46,758 nt of DNA, from positions 1-46,758 of IMG/VR virus record IMGVR_UViG_3300020057_000052. One strand, written 5' to 3'. The notes below the pieces were generated by a model. The model was not told the DNA's origin, ran no database searches, and saw only the letters and a program-made list of their open reading frames with translations. This DNA is from a virus. Taxonomy: Duplodnaviria > Caudoviricetes. Positions 8,943-16,980 of the stretch are shown here, piece by piece. A program made the translations under genes and the position numbers. Positions within the stretch are counted from its first letter, which is position 1, and every line of letters begins with the position of its first letter.

Positions 8943-9341
8943 ATGACAACGACCTACCGAATCATCGACGACGCCCTGCTCGGCCGCCTCATTAGAGCTG
9001 CCGGCGCGTTCGAGCTGGCCCAGCTCGAGGGCGTCGTGCCCACGACCGTGGCGCCCGCGACCGTGGCCACGCTCGCCGTGGACCTGGGGCGTGCTCGCTT
9101 CATCCGCAGATACATGCCATTCGAGCGCGATGAGGCCCAGCGCTGCGCCCAGCGCATGGTCGATCGCGGCGGCCACTTCTTTCGCGCTATTGGCGTCGCC
9201 CACCAGTACGCCGACTCCGGCAACGCCGCCCGCCTGCAGGCCGCCTTTGCCGGCGCCTTCGTCGATTACGACGACGAGTCCGAGGGAGAGAGGTACTCCC
9301 GCAGCCGCCGCACCCTCGCCGGCGACGGCTTCGGAGCCTGA
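8943..9341 (+). CDS. Hypothetical protein (GGHFFRAIG.A...AD..N..RL..AF motif)
   Basis: AGGAG RBS, same leader (CAGGAGAGTCACATGAC) as the gene at 8238. Confidence 0.7.
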   Translation: MTTTYRIIDDALLGRLIRAAGAFELAQLEGVVPTTVAPATVATLAVDLGRARFIRRYMPFERDEAQRCAQRMVDRGGHFFRAIGVAHQYADSGNAARLQAAFAGAFVDYDDESEGERYSRSRRTLAGDGFGA

Positions 9342-9342
9342 C

Positions 9343-9612
9343 ATGAAAGACACCTTTCGCCGCTCGATCGGCGGCACCAGCGCCGTCTTCGAGTGCGGGG
9401 CCTGCCGCCGCAGAACCCGCCGCACGAACCAGGGCAACAGCTACCTGTGCCCGCAATGCGACGAGTGGTCGATGCAGGAGAACGGCATCCTCGACGGCCA
9501 CTACAGCAACGATCCCAAGGGGCTCGCACATACCGAGGCCGTGATCCTGCGCCTGAAGGAAGAGGCCGCGAAGAAGGGCGGCAGCCGCGAGCGCCTGGGG
9601 CTGGCGCCATGA
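9343..9612 (+). CDS. Small zinc-finger protein (CxxC...CxxC)
   Basis: ECGACRR...LCPQCDE. Confidence 0.65.
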   Translation: MKDTFRRSIGGTSAVFECGACRRRTRRTNQGNSYLCPQCDEWSMQENGILDGHYSNDPKGLAHTEAVILRLKEEAAKKGGSRERLGLAP

Positions 9613-9761
9613 CCAAGGCCGCAGAGCAGCAGCGCCGCGCCGACCGTCTGGTGGGCGCGTTCAAGCGCAACAAGTTCGAGAACCATTCGGAGACGACCCG
9701 CAAGGTCATCCGCCGCGTGCAGATTCTCACGGGTGCCTCGCGGCGCCAGCAGGGGGCGTGA
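9609..9761 (+). CDS. Hypothetical protein
   Basis: ATGA/GTGA coupling. Confidence 0.5.
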   Translation: MTKAAEQQRRADRLVGAFKRNKFENHSETTRKVIRRVQILTGASRRQQGA

Positions 9762-9967
9762 GCATGAGCCTCCCTGCCACCCCGCCACGCGGCAAGCAGT
9801 ACACCATCGTGCGGCAGTCGCACGTCGTGGACAGCGCGCCGTTCCCGGTCGCGCTTATCACGAGCCGCAGCCGCTACGACGCGCTCACCGACGCGGTCAA
9901 CGCGACCCGCTCGATCGACCATCGCCTCAATCCGATCATCGTCCTCGTCGACAAGGAGAAAGCATGA
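9758..9967 (+). CDS. Hypothetical protein
   Basis: Coupled to neighbours. Confidence 0.55.
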   Translation: MSMSLPATPPRGKQYTIVRQSHVVDSAPFPVALITSRSRYDALTDAVNATRSIDHRLNPIIVLVDKEKA

Positions 9968-10083
9968 ACCCGACCTTCAACTTCTACCTCCAGGCAGTCA
10001 TGTACTGCAAGCTGCGCAGCATCCCGTTCAAGCGCATCGTGCGACCGGCCGGCAACAGCCACATCTGGACGATCGCGTCGTGA
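9964..10083 (+). CDS. Hypothetical protein (39 aa)
   Basis: AAGGAG RBS, ATGA overlap. Confidence 0.55.
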   Translation: MNPTFNFYLQAVMYCKLRSIPFKRIVRPAGNSHIWTIAS

Positions 10084-10358
10084 GCACCGTCGTGATGACG
10101 ATCGCCGACTACGTCCGCGAGGTGAGGATCAACGAGGCCAACCTGCTGGACGAAGTCAAGTCGCCGGCGGCGGCGCTCGAGGAGCTGGTCGTCGCCATCG
10201 ACAACGACCAGCGCGCGCGCCGCGCCGCCGAAGTCGACGAGTACCTCCCGCGTGGGCATACCCTGGGGGCCCGGCGGCGCCTGGACCTGGCTATGGGCGC
10301 GGCCCGCGAGAGCTTGGCCGCGGAGGAGCGCATCGCCCGGAACCGCCGCGCCAACTAA
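10080..10358 (+). CDS. Hypothetical protein
   Basis: GTGA overlap; ends before the next promoter. Confidence 0.6.
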   Translation: MSTVVMTIADYVREVRINEANLLDEVKSPAAALEELVVAIDNDQRARRAAEVDEYLPRGHTLGARRRLDLAMGAARESLAAEERIARNRRAN

Positions 10359-10359
10359 T

Positions 10360-10402
10360 TATCACAATGAGCTTGACACGCATATCAGCATCGTGATGTA
10401 AT
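10360..10402 (+). promoter_or_regulatory. Sigma70-type promoter with operator
   Basis: TTGACA (10373)-N18-TGTAAT; TATCAGCATCGTGATG at 10383-10398 and an upstream half-site TATCACAATG. Confidence 0.75.
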
Positions 10403-10430
10403 GAATCCCTCGTTTCAAAGGAGTCCAACC

Positions 10431-10763
10431 ATGAGCACCCGAAGCAGCGCCGCAAGGCAAGGGGAGGCGATGACCGCGAAGCAGATGGTCAAAGAGATCA
10501 ACGCCCATTGCGACAAGGGCAACGGCATCTACGTCGGCAGCATGGGCGCCGGCTCGCGCCGCTACTTCCGGGCCGCTCTCATTGAGTCCTTCGATGACAA
10601 GCTGGCCTACATCACGCCGGACTTCGGCAAGACGTGGGTCTTCGTCGAGGATCACTTCACGTTTTGGGATGGCAACTGGGATGTGCCGATCGGCAACCTG
10701 CCACGCAAGGAGCGCACATGGCGGACTTTCGCGTCAGGAACCACGGCTCGATCTGCATCCTGA
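10431..10763 (+). CDS. Hypothetical protein (alternative start 10470)
   Basis: RBS before both starts. Confidence 0.6.
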   Translation: MSTRSSAARQGEAMTAKQMVKEINAHCDKGNGIYVGSMGAGSRRYFRAALIESFDDKLAYITPDFGKTWVFVEDHFTFWDGNWDVPIGNLPRKERTWRTFASGTTARSAS

Positions 10764-10918
10764 CCGGCATGACGGCCGAGGCCAGGGCATGGCTCGAAGA
10801 GCGCGTCGGCGACGACGAGACCCAAGCCTGGGGCGCCGGCATCGTCGTCGAGTCCCGCTACATCGACGCGATCGTCGACGGCATCCAGAACGACGGCTTC
10901 TCCGTTGGTGCCCCATGA
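10718..10918 (+). CDS. Small conserved phage protein (DF.V.NHGSI..L...A..WL...WG..IVVE.RY)
   Basis: AAGGAG RBS; recognisable motif pattern. Confidence 0.7.
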   Translation: MADFRVRNHGSICILTGMTAEARAWLEERVGDDETQAWGAGIVVESRYIDAIVDGIQNDGFSVGAP

Positions 10919-11421
10919 AGTCAGCGTTCGCCGCCATCCTGCTCGCCGCCTGCGGCTCGGCCGCCGCCTGCGACCGCTACGACGTGGCCGTGCTGCCGTT
11001 CGAGGTGCGCGAGGACAGGACCAAGACGTTCGCCGAGCTGACGGCCATGAACAAGGGGGCCGGCACGTTCGGCCAGCTGCGTCTCGACCAGTACCTCGCG
11101 ATCCAGGGCGCCCCGCAGTGCCGCATCGTCGTCGGCTACGCCAAGCCGATCCTGTTCGTCGCCGCCGAGCTGGCCGCCGACGCCTGCGCCTTCGAGCACG
11201 TCTACCGGCACGAGCTGGTTCACGTCGCCATCTACCGCGACGCCCTGCTCACGCTCGGCGAACGCGTCGCCAAGCGCGGCGGGGACAAGAGCGCGATCTT
11301 CGAGGAGCTGGACTCGGTGCTCCCGGCGAACGCCGCGCACGACAGCCCGGCCGAGTACCTTGGCAACATGTCCGCGTGCGGGGGCCGAGTTGCCACCCTG
11401 ACCGGCGCCCGGGGGCTCTGA
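10915..11421 (+). CDS. Exported protein with an HExxH zinc-metallopeptidase-like motif
   Basis: Signal peptide MKSAFAAILLAACGSAAA; RHELVHVAI; paired cysteines. Confidence 0.6.
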   Translation: MKSAFAAILLAACGSAAACDRYDVAVLPFEVREDRTKTFAELTAMNKGAGTFGQLRLDQYLAIQGAPQCRIVVGYAKPILFVAAELAADACAFEHVYRHELVHVAIYRDALLTLGERVAKRGGDKSAIFEELDSVLPANAAHDSPAEYLGNMSACGGRVATLTGARGL

Positions 11422-11549
11422 TGTTACCCACCGACACCTGGGACCATCCGATCGAGGAAGACCCGGATGCGCTGCGCTGGGCCGTCACCTTTTTTTGGGG
11501 CCCTCTCTTGGCCTGCCTCTGCTACGGTCTTATCGGGAGGTTCACTTGA
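11421..11549 (+). CDS. Small membrane protein
   Basis: TGATG coupling; one hydrophobic segment. Confidence 0.5.
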   Translation: MLPTDTWDHPIEEDPDALRWAVTFFWGPLLACLCYGLIGRFT

Positions 11550-12049
11550 GCAACTTCTCCCGCAACAACTCCACCGCCTACGCCGCCGCGATGCACGCCC
11601 TTCGCGGCCCCACGCGCGGCTTGCTCCTCGAGCACGCCGACAGGGTCGGCGCCGCCGGCTTCTATGCCCGCGAGGTGATCGAACGGAACCACCTCGACGA
11701 GAAGCAGGCCCACGCCCTGATGAACGCCAGCAACACGATGCGCAAGAAGGACAAGGTGCCCACGCTATGGGGCGTCCAGACCGGCGCACGCACCACCCGC
11801 CTGTTCGGCCGCCAGGAGTGGGCCGCGGCCTACGCCACGGTCGTGGCCGGGCGCGCGCCGGCGGCCCGCTACACCCGCGCCTACAACGGTGAGTGGCGCG
11901 CCCCGTACAGAGGCATGAAGCAGCAGCTCCGCGGGCGCGCATGGTGGGCCCACGATGTCGAGCCGCGCGAGACGCCGGACACCGTCTACACGTTCGCTCC
12001 CCCGCCGCCGGCGAGGGTCACCCGCACCAACACCCACCCCATCTACTGA
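11546..12049 (+). CDS. Hypothetical protein (paralogue-like to 21354..21791)
   Basis: GGGAGG RBS with TTG start; C-terminal TNTH motif. Confidence 0.6.
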   Translation: MSNFSRNNSTAYAAAMHALRGPTRGLLLEHADRVGAAGFYAREVIERNHLDEKQAHALMNASNTMRKKDKVPTLWGVQTGARTTRLFGRQEWAAAYATVVAGRAPAARYTRAYNGEWRAPYRGMKQQLRGRAWWAHDVEPRETPDTVYTFAPPPPARVTRTNTHPIY

Positions 12050-12062
12050 AGGAGGCCGCCCC

Positions 12063-12380
12063 ATGACCACCCGACTGAACTCCCTCGCCGTTGCCGCGGT
12101 ACTGTCTCTCGCCGCCGGCGGGCCGTCCGGCTTCCGGCAGGCTGGCCTGCATCCGCGCTTCAACAAGCCGCAAGAGGCGCTCGGGCCGCGCCCCAGGCCG
12201 AAGTCGATCCGCCGCCGCAAGGGGCACGCCGAGCCCGGTGACGGGCGCAGCGAGCACGAGGAGCTGACGATCGCCCTGGCTATCGCCAAGCGCGAGCGGC
12301 GCTCGAGCGCCTGGTCGGCGCGCGTGGCCACCGGCCACCAGCTGCAGCTCGCCACACCAATCGAAGGGAGACAGCCATGA
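12063..12380 (+). CDS. Hypothetical basic protein
   Basis: AAGGAGG RBS. Confidence 0.6.
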   Translation: MTTRLNSLAVAAVLSLAAGGPSGFRQAGLHPRFNKPQEALGPRPRPKSIRRRKGHAEPGDGRSEHEELTIALAIAKRERRSSAWSARVATGHQLQLATPIEGRQP

Positions 12381-12628
12381 GTGACCCCCTACGGCTGAAG
12401 TGTTTTGCCTGCGGTCTCTCCATTGGCAAACGAGACCCCGAGGCCGACCTTGTCGACACGCGCGACGGACAGATGGTTTGGGTTGGCAGTGCATGCCATC
12501 GGCGCGTGATCGCTGCCGGCGAGGCCGGCTACCAGCCGCCGCTCGGGGGCCCCCACTATTCCGGCTGCCTGCCGGCATTCAGCGGCCCGATGGCTCGCTC
12601 ACCGAATGAGGGAGACAGCCATGAGTGA
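12377..12628 (+). CDS. Small Cys-containing protein (MSDPLR cassette 1)
   Basis: CFAC...VGSAC; shared start block. Confidence 0.6.
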   Translation: MSDPLRLKCFACGLSIGKRDPEADLVDTRDGQMVWVGSACHRRVIAAGEAGYQPPLGGPHYSGCLPAFSGPMARSPNEGDSHE

Positions 12629-13634
12629 CCCCCTACGCGCAGCGCTCGTCGAGCTGCTCGCAACAGTTAAAGGTGAGTGCCCGTCGTTGCTCGACGAGGA
12701 TTCGGGAGGTTCGGCGGCTTTGGAGGCGCGGATCGTTGATGCCCTCGCCGCCCCCACAGGAGCAGCGTTGCCGGGCTGGAAGATCGAACAGCAGCACGAC
12801 ATATTCGGCACCGTAATCGTGACTGCGCCGAACGGCTATGTCGCCACAACCAACGCCACGAGCCGAAATCCCGAGAACGTGCTGCGAATGCTCGCCCTAG
12901 CTGCACTCGCCGCCCCCACAGGAGCAGCGCCGGCCGCGTTGCCGCAAGAAGTATATGCATGGCGCGACGCGAAGCTGGCCGAGATTGCGGCTCTAGATGC
13001 ATACAACGCTCGCGTGCTGTACGCCCGTCAGCGCGACGAGGTAGACGGATTCGGGCGCACGCGGGTCGATGCGGAATTCCAGGCATGGACGGCGGCGAGC
13101 AACACCGCACACGCAGCACTCAAGGCAATGATCGCGCCATTGTTCGCCGCACTCATCGCCCCCACAGAAGCGGCGCCGGCCGGAGAGGCGCTGCTGCGGG
13201 AGGCGCTGGAACTTGCGATTCCGTACCTCGAAGCCGACAGCCAGTGCGGCTATGACGGCACAAACGGCAGCGGCATACGACAGGAAGCCCAGCGCCGGCT
13301 CGACATCGCCCGCGCTGCCCTCGCCGCCCCCACAGGAGCAGCGCCGGAGTGGTATCGGGACGAGGCTTGGCCGATACCTGCCGACCGCGCCCCCACAGGA
13401 GCAGCGCTGGCCCCAGTGATCCCGCCCGAAGCATGGCGGTGGCCGCGCCGCATCTATGTGATCGACGAAATCGACGGCAGCCCGGCAGAGCAGGCCGCGC
13501 AGCAGGGCCTCGAAAACTGCCGCCTCTACGCTGCACGACACCGCAAAGAGGAATGGGCAAAGGTCATTCTGCGCCTGTGCAAGGCAGGAGGGGCCATCGG
13601 CTCACCATTGCGCAAACCGAAAGGCCAGCCATGA
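12621..13634 (+). CDS. Mosaic protein of short modules joined by APTGAA linkers (MSDPLR cassette 2)
   Basis: Five APT(G/E)AA linkers; shared start block. Confidence 0.7.
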   Translation: MSDPLRAALVELLATVKGECPSLLDEDSGGSAALEARIVDALAAPTGAALPGWKIEQQHDIFGTVIVTAPNGYVATTNATSRNPENVLRMLALAALAAPTGAAPAALPQEVYAWRDAKLAEIAALDAYNARVLYARQRDEVDGFGRTRVDAEFQAWTAASNTAHAALKAMIAPLFAALIAPTEAAPAGEALLREALELAIPYLEADSQCGYDGTNGSGIRQEAQRRLDIARAALAAPTGAAPEWYRDEAWPIPADRAPTGAALAPVIPPEAWRWPRRIYVIDEIDGSPAEQAAQQGLENCRLYAARHRKEEWAKVILRLCKAGGAIGSPLRKPKGQP

Positions 13635-14233
13635 GTGACCCCCTACGCGATGAACTGCTGTCGATCGCACGGGCCGTTGAGGCGTTGAAGCGCGAGTGCG
13701 GCATGGACCCAGAGTCGCCGACAGCTATCCAAAACGGCCGGTACATGGGCATCAGCTACCGTCTGCGCGCCCTCGCCGACCGCGCCCCCACAGGAGCCGC
13801 GCCCGAGCCGGCCGCGGTGCCGATCCCGGTTGCTGCTGGCAGGGCCATTGCCAACAACTACGGTTACGACCAAGTTGTGATCGTCGCACGCCGGATCGGC
13901 GGAATAGAGCACGTCACTACCTATGGGAGGGATAAGGCGCACTGTGATGTTGCTGCGCGCATGGGCCACTTCTTCAAGCACAAGCTGATGGGTTGGCCCG
14001 CGGAGGCTATTGAATCGGCCATCCGCTCCGCAGACCGCGCCCCCACAGGAGCAGCAGCGGCCCCACAAGGGGCCACCAACACCCCAAGCCGAGCCGGAGG
14101 GGCGCAAACGGGCCCCTTACGGCATGACGACATTGCGGACGTGGTGGACTTCGTGCTCGCCGGGCCGCCGCGCAGGGAGATCGAGCGGGCGATCGTCAAG
14201 TACGCGGCCGAGAGACTGGCGACTCGCTCATGA
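13631..14233 (+). CDS. Mosaic protein with APTGAA linkers (MSDPLR cassette 3)
   Basis: Shared start block; module IPVAAG..IA..YGYDQV....EHVTTYG. Confidence 0.7.
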   Translation: MSDPLRDELLSIARAVEALKRECGMDPESPTAIQNGRYMGISYRLRALADRAPTGAAPEPAAVPIPVAAGRAIANNYGYDQVVIVARRIGGIEHVTTYGRDKAHCDVAARMGHFFKHKLMGWPAEAIESAIRSADRAPTGAAAAPQGATNTPSRAGGAQTGPLRHDDIADVVDFVLAGPPRREIERAIVKYAAERLATRS

Positions 14234-14568
14234 CGCCCGACCAGATCAACGGCGCATTCGAGGCCCTGGGTGCGCTGTTCATCCTGCGCAACTGCCGCAC
14301 CTTGTACCTGCAGAAGATGGTGCGCGGCGTCAACATCGAGACGACAGCCTTCTTCTTCCTGTGGGGCGGGTGGAACCTCTACTACTACCCGTCGCTCGCG
14401 CAGCACTGGAGTTTTCTCGGTGGCTGCATGATCGCCGCCGCCAACGTGCTCTGGCTCGTCCTGGCCATCGTGTACACGAATCGCGAAAAAAATCTCGCAC
14501 GTCATCACAATAGTGTTGACACGCAGTTTCACAAAGCTGATAATCCATTTTTGAAGGAGACGCCATGA
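14230..14568 (+). CDS. PQ-loop/SemiSWEET-like three-helix membrane protein
   Basis: Three TM segments with the K.VRGV.......F..W..W..YY pattern. Confidence 0.65.
   Translation: MTPDQINGAFEALGALFILRNCRTLYLQKMVRGVNIETTAFFFLWGGWNLYYYPSLAQHWSFLGGCMIAAANVLWLVLAIVYTNREKNLARHHNSVDTQFHKADNPFLKETP
14503..14544 (+). promoter_or_regulatory. Sigma70-type promoter of the recombination/replication operon with tandem operators
   Basis: TTGACA (14516)-N17-GATAAT; CATCACAATAGTGTTG at 14503-14518 and TTTCACAAAGCTGATA at 14527-14542. Confidence 0.75.
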
Positions 14569-14954
14569 CCATCGCAACACTCGAAGACACCCAGGTCCAG
14601 CTCGACATGCTGATCCGCGCCCGAGTCATCGCGAAGCGCGAGGAGGAGGGTGCGATCGAGCGGCGCCGCGAGTGCGACAGCGCGATCCTCGGGCTGCTGC
14701 CGAAGATGACCGCGACAACGCGCGTCGGCGACGTCAAGGTCATCACGACCTACGGCGTCACACGCAAGGTCGACAGCGACGCGCTGAAGGCCGACTTCGC
14801 CGAGCTGCCCGTCACGCTGCAGCGCGTCTTCCGCTGGAAGGCCGAAGTCAGCGAGGCCCTGTTCAAGGCGCTGGCGCCGGACGACAAGGTCGTGCTGGCG
14901 GAGTACATCGCCACCAGCGACGCGAGCCCGAGCCTGCGGCTCGAGCTGGCGTGA
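14565..14954 (+). CDS. Conserved phage protein preceding the Sak4-like ATPase (possible Gam/gp157-like nuclease inhibitor)
   Basis: AAGGAG RBS; coiled coil followed by RKVD...FRWKAEV; synteny. Confidence 0.6.
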   Translation: MTIATLEDTQVQLDMLIRARVIAKREEEGAIERRRECDSAILGLLPKMTATTRVGDVKVITTYGVTRKVDSDALKADFAELPVTLQRVFRWKAEVSEALFKALAPDDKVVLAEYIATSDASPSLRLELA

Positions 14955-14981
14955 ATATCGACCCGACCAAGGAGACACCCC

Positions 14982-15734
14982 ATGGCCTTCGATCTTTCCT
15001 CGATCACGCGCGGCCCGCAGATCACGCCGCCGCGCCTCATTGTCTACGGCCCGCACGGGCTGGGCAAGACGACGTTCCTCAGCGAGGCGCCCGCGCCGAT
15101 TCTGCTGCCCACCGAGGACGGTAAGGGCAAGATCGACATCGCGTCCTTCCCCCTGGCCCGCAGCTGGGCCGATGTCGTGAGTGCGCTCGTCACCCTGCGC
15201 GACCAGCCGCACGAGTTCGGCACCGCGGGCACCGACAGCCTCGACTGGCTCGAGCCGATCGTCTGGGCCGAGACGTGCCGCCGCAACAACTGGGCGGACA
15301 TCGAGACCCCCGGCTACGGCAAGGGGTTCGGCGCGGCCGACGACGTCTGGCGCGAGTTTTTCCAGATGCTGTCGGACCTGCGCGACAAGCGCGGCATGCA
15401 GGTCATCCTGACCGCGCACTCGCAGATCAAGCCGTTCAACGACCCGTCGAGCGAGCCGTACGACCGCTACAGCATCAAGCTGCAGACGCGCGCCTCGGCG
15501 CTGGCGCAAGAGTGGTCCGACGCTGTGCTCTTCCTGAACCAGAAGTCGTACATCCAGAAGGACAAAAAAGGCTTCGACAAGGTCATCGCCCGCGGCGTCG
15601 GCCTCGGCGAGCGCGTCATCTACACGGAGGAGCGCCCGTCGCACCTCGCCAAGAACCGCTACGGCCTGCCGCCGGAGATTGCCGTGCCCCGGGGCGCGAT
15701 GTACTCCACGCTGGCCAAGCACCTGTTTTCTTAA
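14982..15734 (+). CDS. AAA_24 / Sak4-like ATPase (phage recombinase)
   Basis: VYGPHGLGKTT Walker A; DSLDWLE, GYGKG, ILTAH and AKNRY motifs. Confidence 0.9.
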   Translation: MAFDLSSITRGPQITPPRLIVYGPHGLGKTTFLSEAPAPILLPTEDGKGKIDIASFPLARSWADVVSALVTLRDQPHEFGTAGTDSLDWLEPIVWAETCRRNNWADIETPGYGKGFGAADDVWREFFQMLSDLRDKRGMQVILTAHSQIKPFNDPSSEPYDRYSIKLQTRASALAQEWSDAVLFLNQKSYIQKDKKGFDKVIARGVGLGERVIYTEERPSHLAKNRYGLPPEIAVPRGAMYSTLAKHLFS

Positions 15735-15755
15735 CTGCCGAAGGAGGCAATCACC

Positions 15756-16355
15756 ATGGCGTCAATGCAAGGTTACGACCAGGGCGCTCAGCCCGAAGAA
15801 CGCAAGAAGTTCGACATCATGCCGCGCGGCGACTACGTCGGGCAGATCGTCGAGTCCGAGATCAAGCCGAACCGCAGCGGCACCGGTCAGGTCATGCACC
15901 TGACCTGGGAGCTGCTGAACGAGGGGTTCAAGGGCCGCAAGGTCTGGCAGTACATCAACGTGCAGCACGGCAGCTCGCCCGAGGCGCATCGCATCGGGCA
16001 GGTCGAGCTGGCCAACCTGAAGGCCGCGCTCGGCTTCCACGGCACCGTGCCCGACACGCTCGTGCTGCACAGCAAGGCGTGCGGGCTCGAGCTGGAGGTC
16101 GAAATCGGCGAGGGCAAGTACGCGGGCAAGGACAAGAACATTGTCGCCGGGTTCTTCCCGGCGATGACGTTCGGCAACCGCGCCGCGACCGGCCCGGGCG
16201 TGGCCGCCCAGGCTCCGGCCCAGGTCGCTGCCCCGGCGCCCGCGCCGGTCGCGCCGACGATGGTGTGGACGGTCCCGCCGCCCGCGCCCGCCGCCCAGGC
16301 TCCGATCCAGGCGCCCGCCGCGCCCGCCGCCTTCCCCTGGCTGAAGCAGGGCTGA
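15756..16355 (+). CDS. DUF669-family single-stranded DNA-binding protein
   Basis: PRGDYVGQIVESEIK...G...GRKVW; Pro/Ala tail ending in PW; follows the Sak4-like gene. Confidence 0.85.
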   Translation: MASMQGYDQGAQPEERKKFDIMPRGDYVGQIVESEIKPNRSGTGQVMHLTWELLNEGFKGRKVWQYINVQHGSSPEAHRIGQVELANLKAALGFHGTVPDTLVLHSKACGLELEVEIGEGKYAGKDKNIVAGFFPAMTFGNRAATGPGVAAQAPAQVAAPAPAPVAPTMVWTVPPPAPAAQAPIQAPAAPAAFPWLKQG

Positions 16356-16364
16356 CAGAGAACC

Positions 16365-16496
16365 TGCCGGGCGGCCCTTGATCGGGGCCTAGATCATCCC
16401 GGCAACCCCGATCGCGCGAACGCGGCGCATCGGGGGGTGTGAGTGCCCCGCTTGTAACGGGGAGGCGAGACAGCTCGGAGAGACGGGCGCCATTTT
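16365..16496 (+). ncRNA. Putative structured RNA with an anticodon-arm-like hairpin
   Basis: Consecutive hairpins: TGCCGGG/CCCGGCA, CCCCGAT/ATCGGGG, CCCCG-CTTGTAA-CGGGG, GCTCG-GAGAGA-CGGGC, then GCCATTTT. Confidence 0.55.
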
Positions 16497-16523
16497 CGCA
16501 ACCATCAAAAGGAGGACCACACC

Positions 16524-16724
16524 ATGGCCGCAGCTTACAGAATCTACCTCGTGCGCAGTGACGACGCCAGCGTGCCCGAGCGCCTCGTGCGGGCGCAGAA
16601 CCCCGCCCAGGTCGTCGCCCACATCGCCAAGCCGCTCGACATCCGCGTCGCCTCGCAGGACGACCTGGTCAAGGCGCTGACGTCCGACGTCGACGTCGAG
16701 GAGACCGACGGGACGGCGGCGTGA
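16524..16724 (+). CDS. Small conserved phage protein (RIY.V......RLVRA..PAQ...H.A.....VASQDDLV)
   Basis: AGGAGG RBS. Confidence 0.75.
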   Translation: MAAAYRIYLVRSDDASVPERLVRAQNPAQVVAHIAKPLDIRVASQDDLVKALTSDVDVEETDGTAA

Positions 16725-16969
16725 ACTCCCAACAACCCGCGCCGGCGGCGGACGTCGCCGTCACGCTCGAGCTGAAGACATCGGCGGTCGAGTTCATCGT
16801 CAACACGCTGAACGCTAACCCGCTGCATGCGCCCGTGATGACCGTGGCCAAGCTGATCAACGACATCTCCGACCAGGTGCGGGCGCAGATCAATGAGGGG
16901 TCGACTAACGAAGTCACCGGCGACAAGCCGGGCAACGCGGTCTCGACGACCGCCCCCTCACCCCTTTGA
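16721..16969 (+). CDS. Hypothetical protein
   Basis: GTGA coupling. Confidence 0.6.
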   Translation: MNSQQPAPAADVAVTLELKTSAVEFIVNTLNANPLHAPVMTVAKLINDISDQVRAQINEGSTNEVTGDKPGNAVSTTAPSPL

Positions 16970-16980
16970 AAGGCGAACAA

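Larger units (their letters stand above)
12366..14056 (+). repeat. Two dispersed repeat families: CAGCCATGAGTGACCCCCTACG (3 copies) and CGCCCCCACAGGAGC (7 copies, one variant)
   Basis: Start blocks near 12372, 12616 and 13626; linkers near 12749, 12911, 13157, 13325, 13388, 13783 and 14038. Confidence 0.9.

Noticed and set aside
12744-14056. CRISPR array
   Set aside because: The repeats are short, in-frame and irregularly spaced; no cas operon. The Cas4-like gene is a standard phage recombination nuclease
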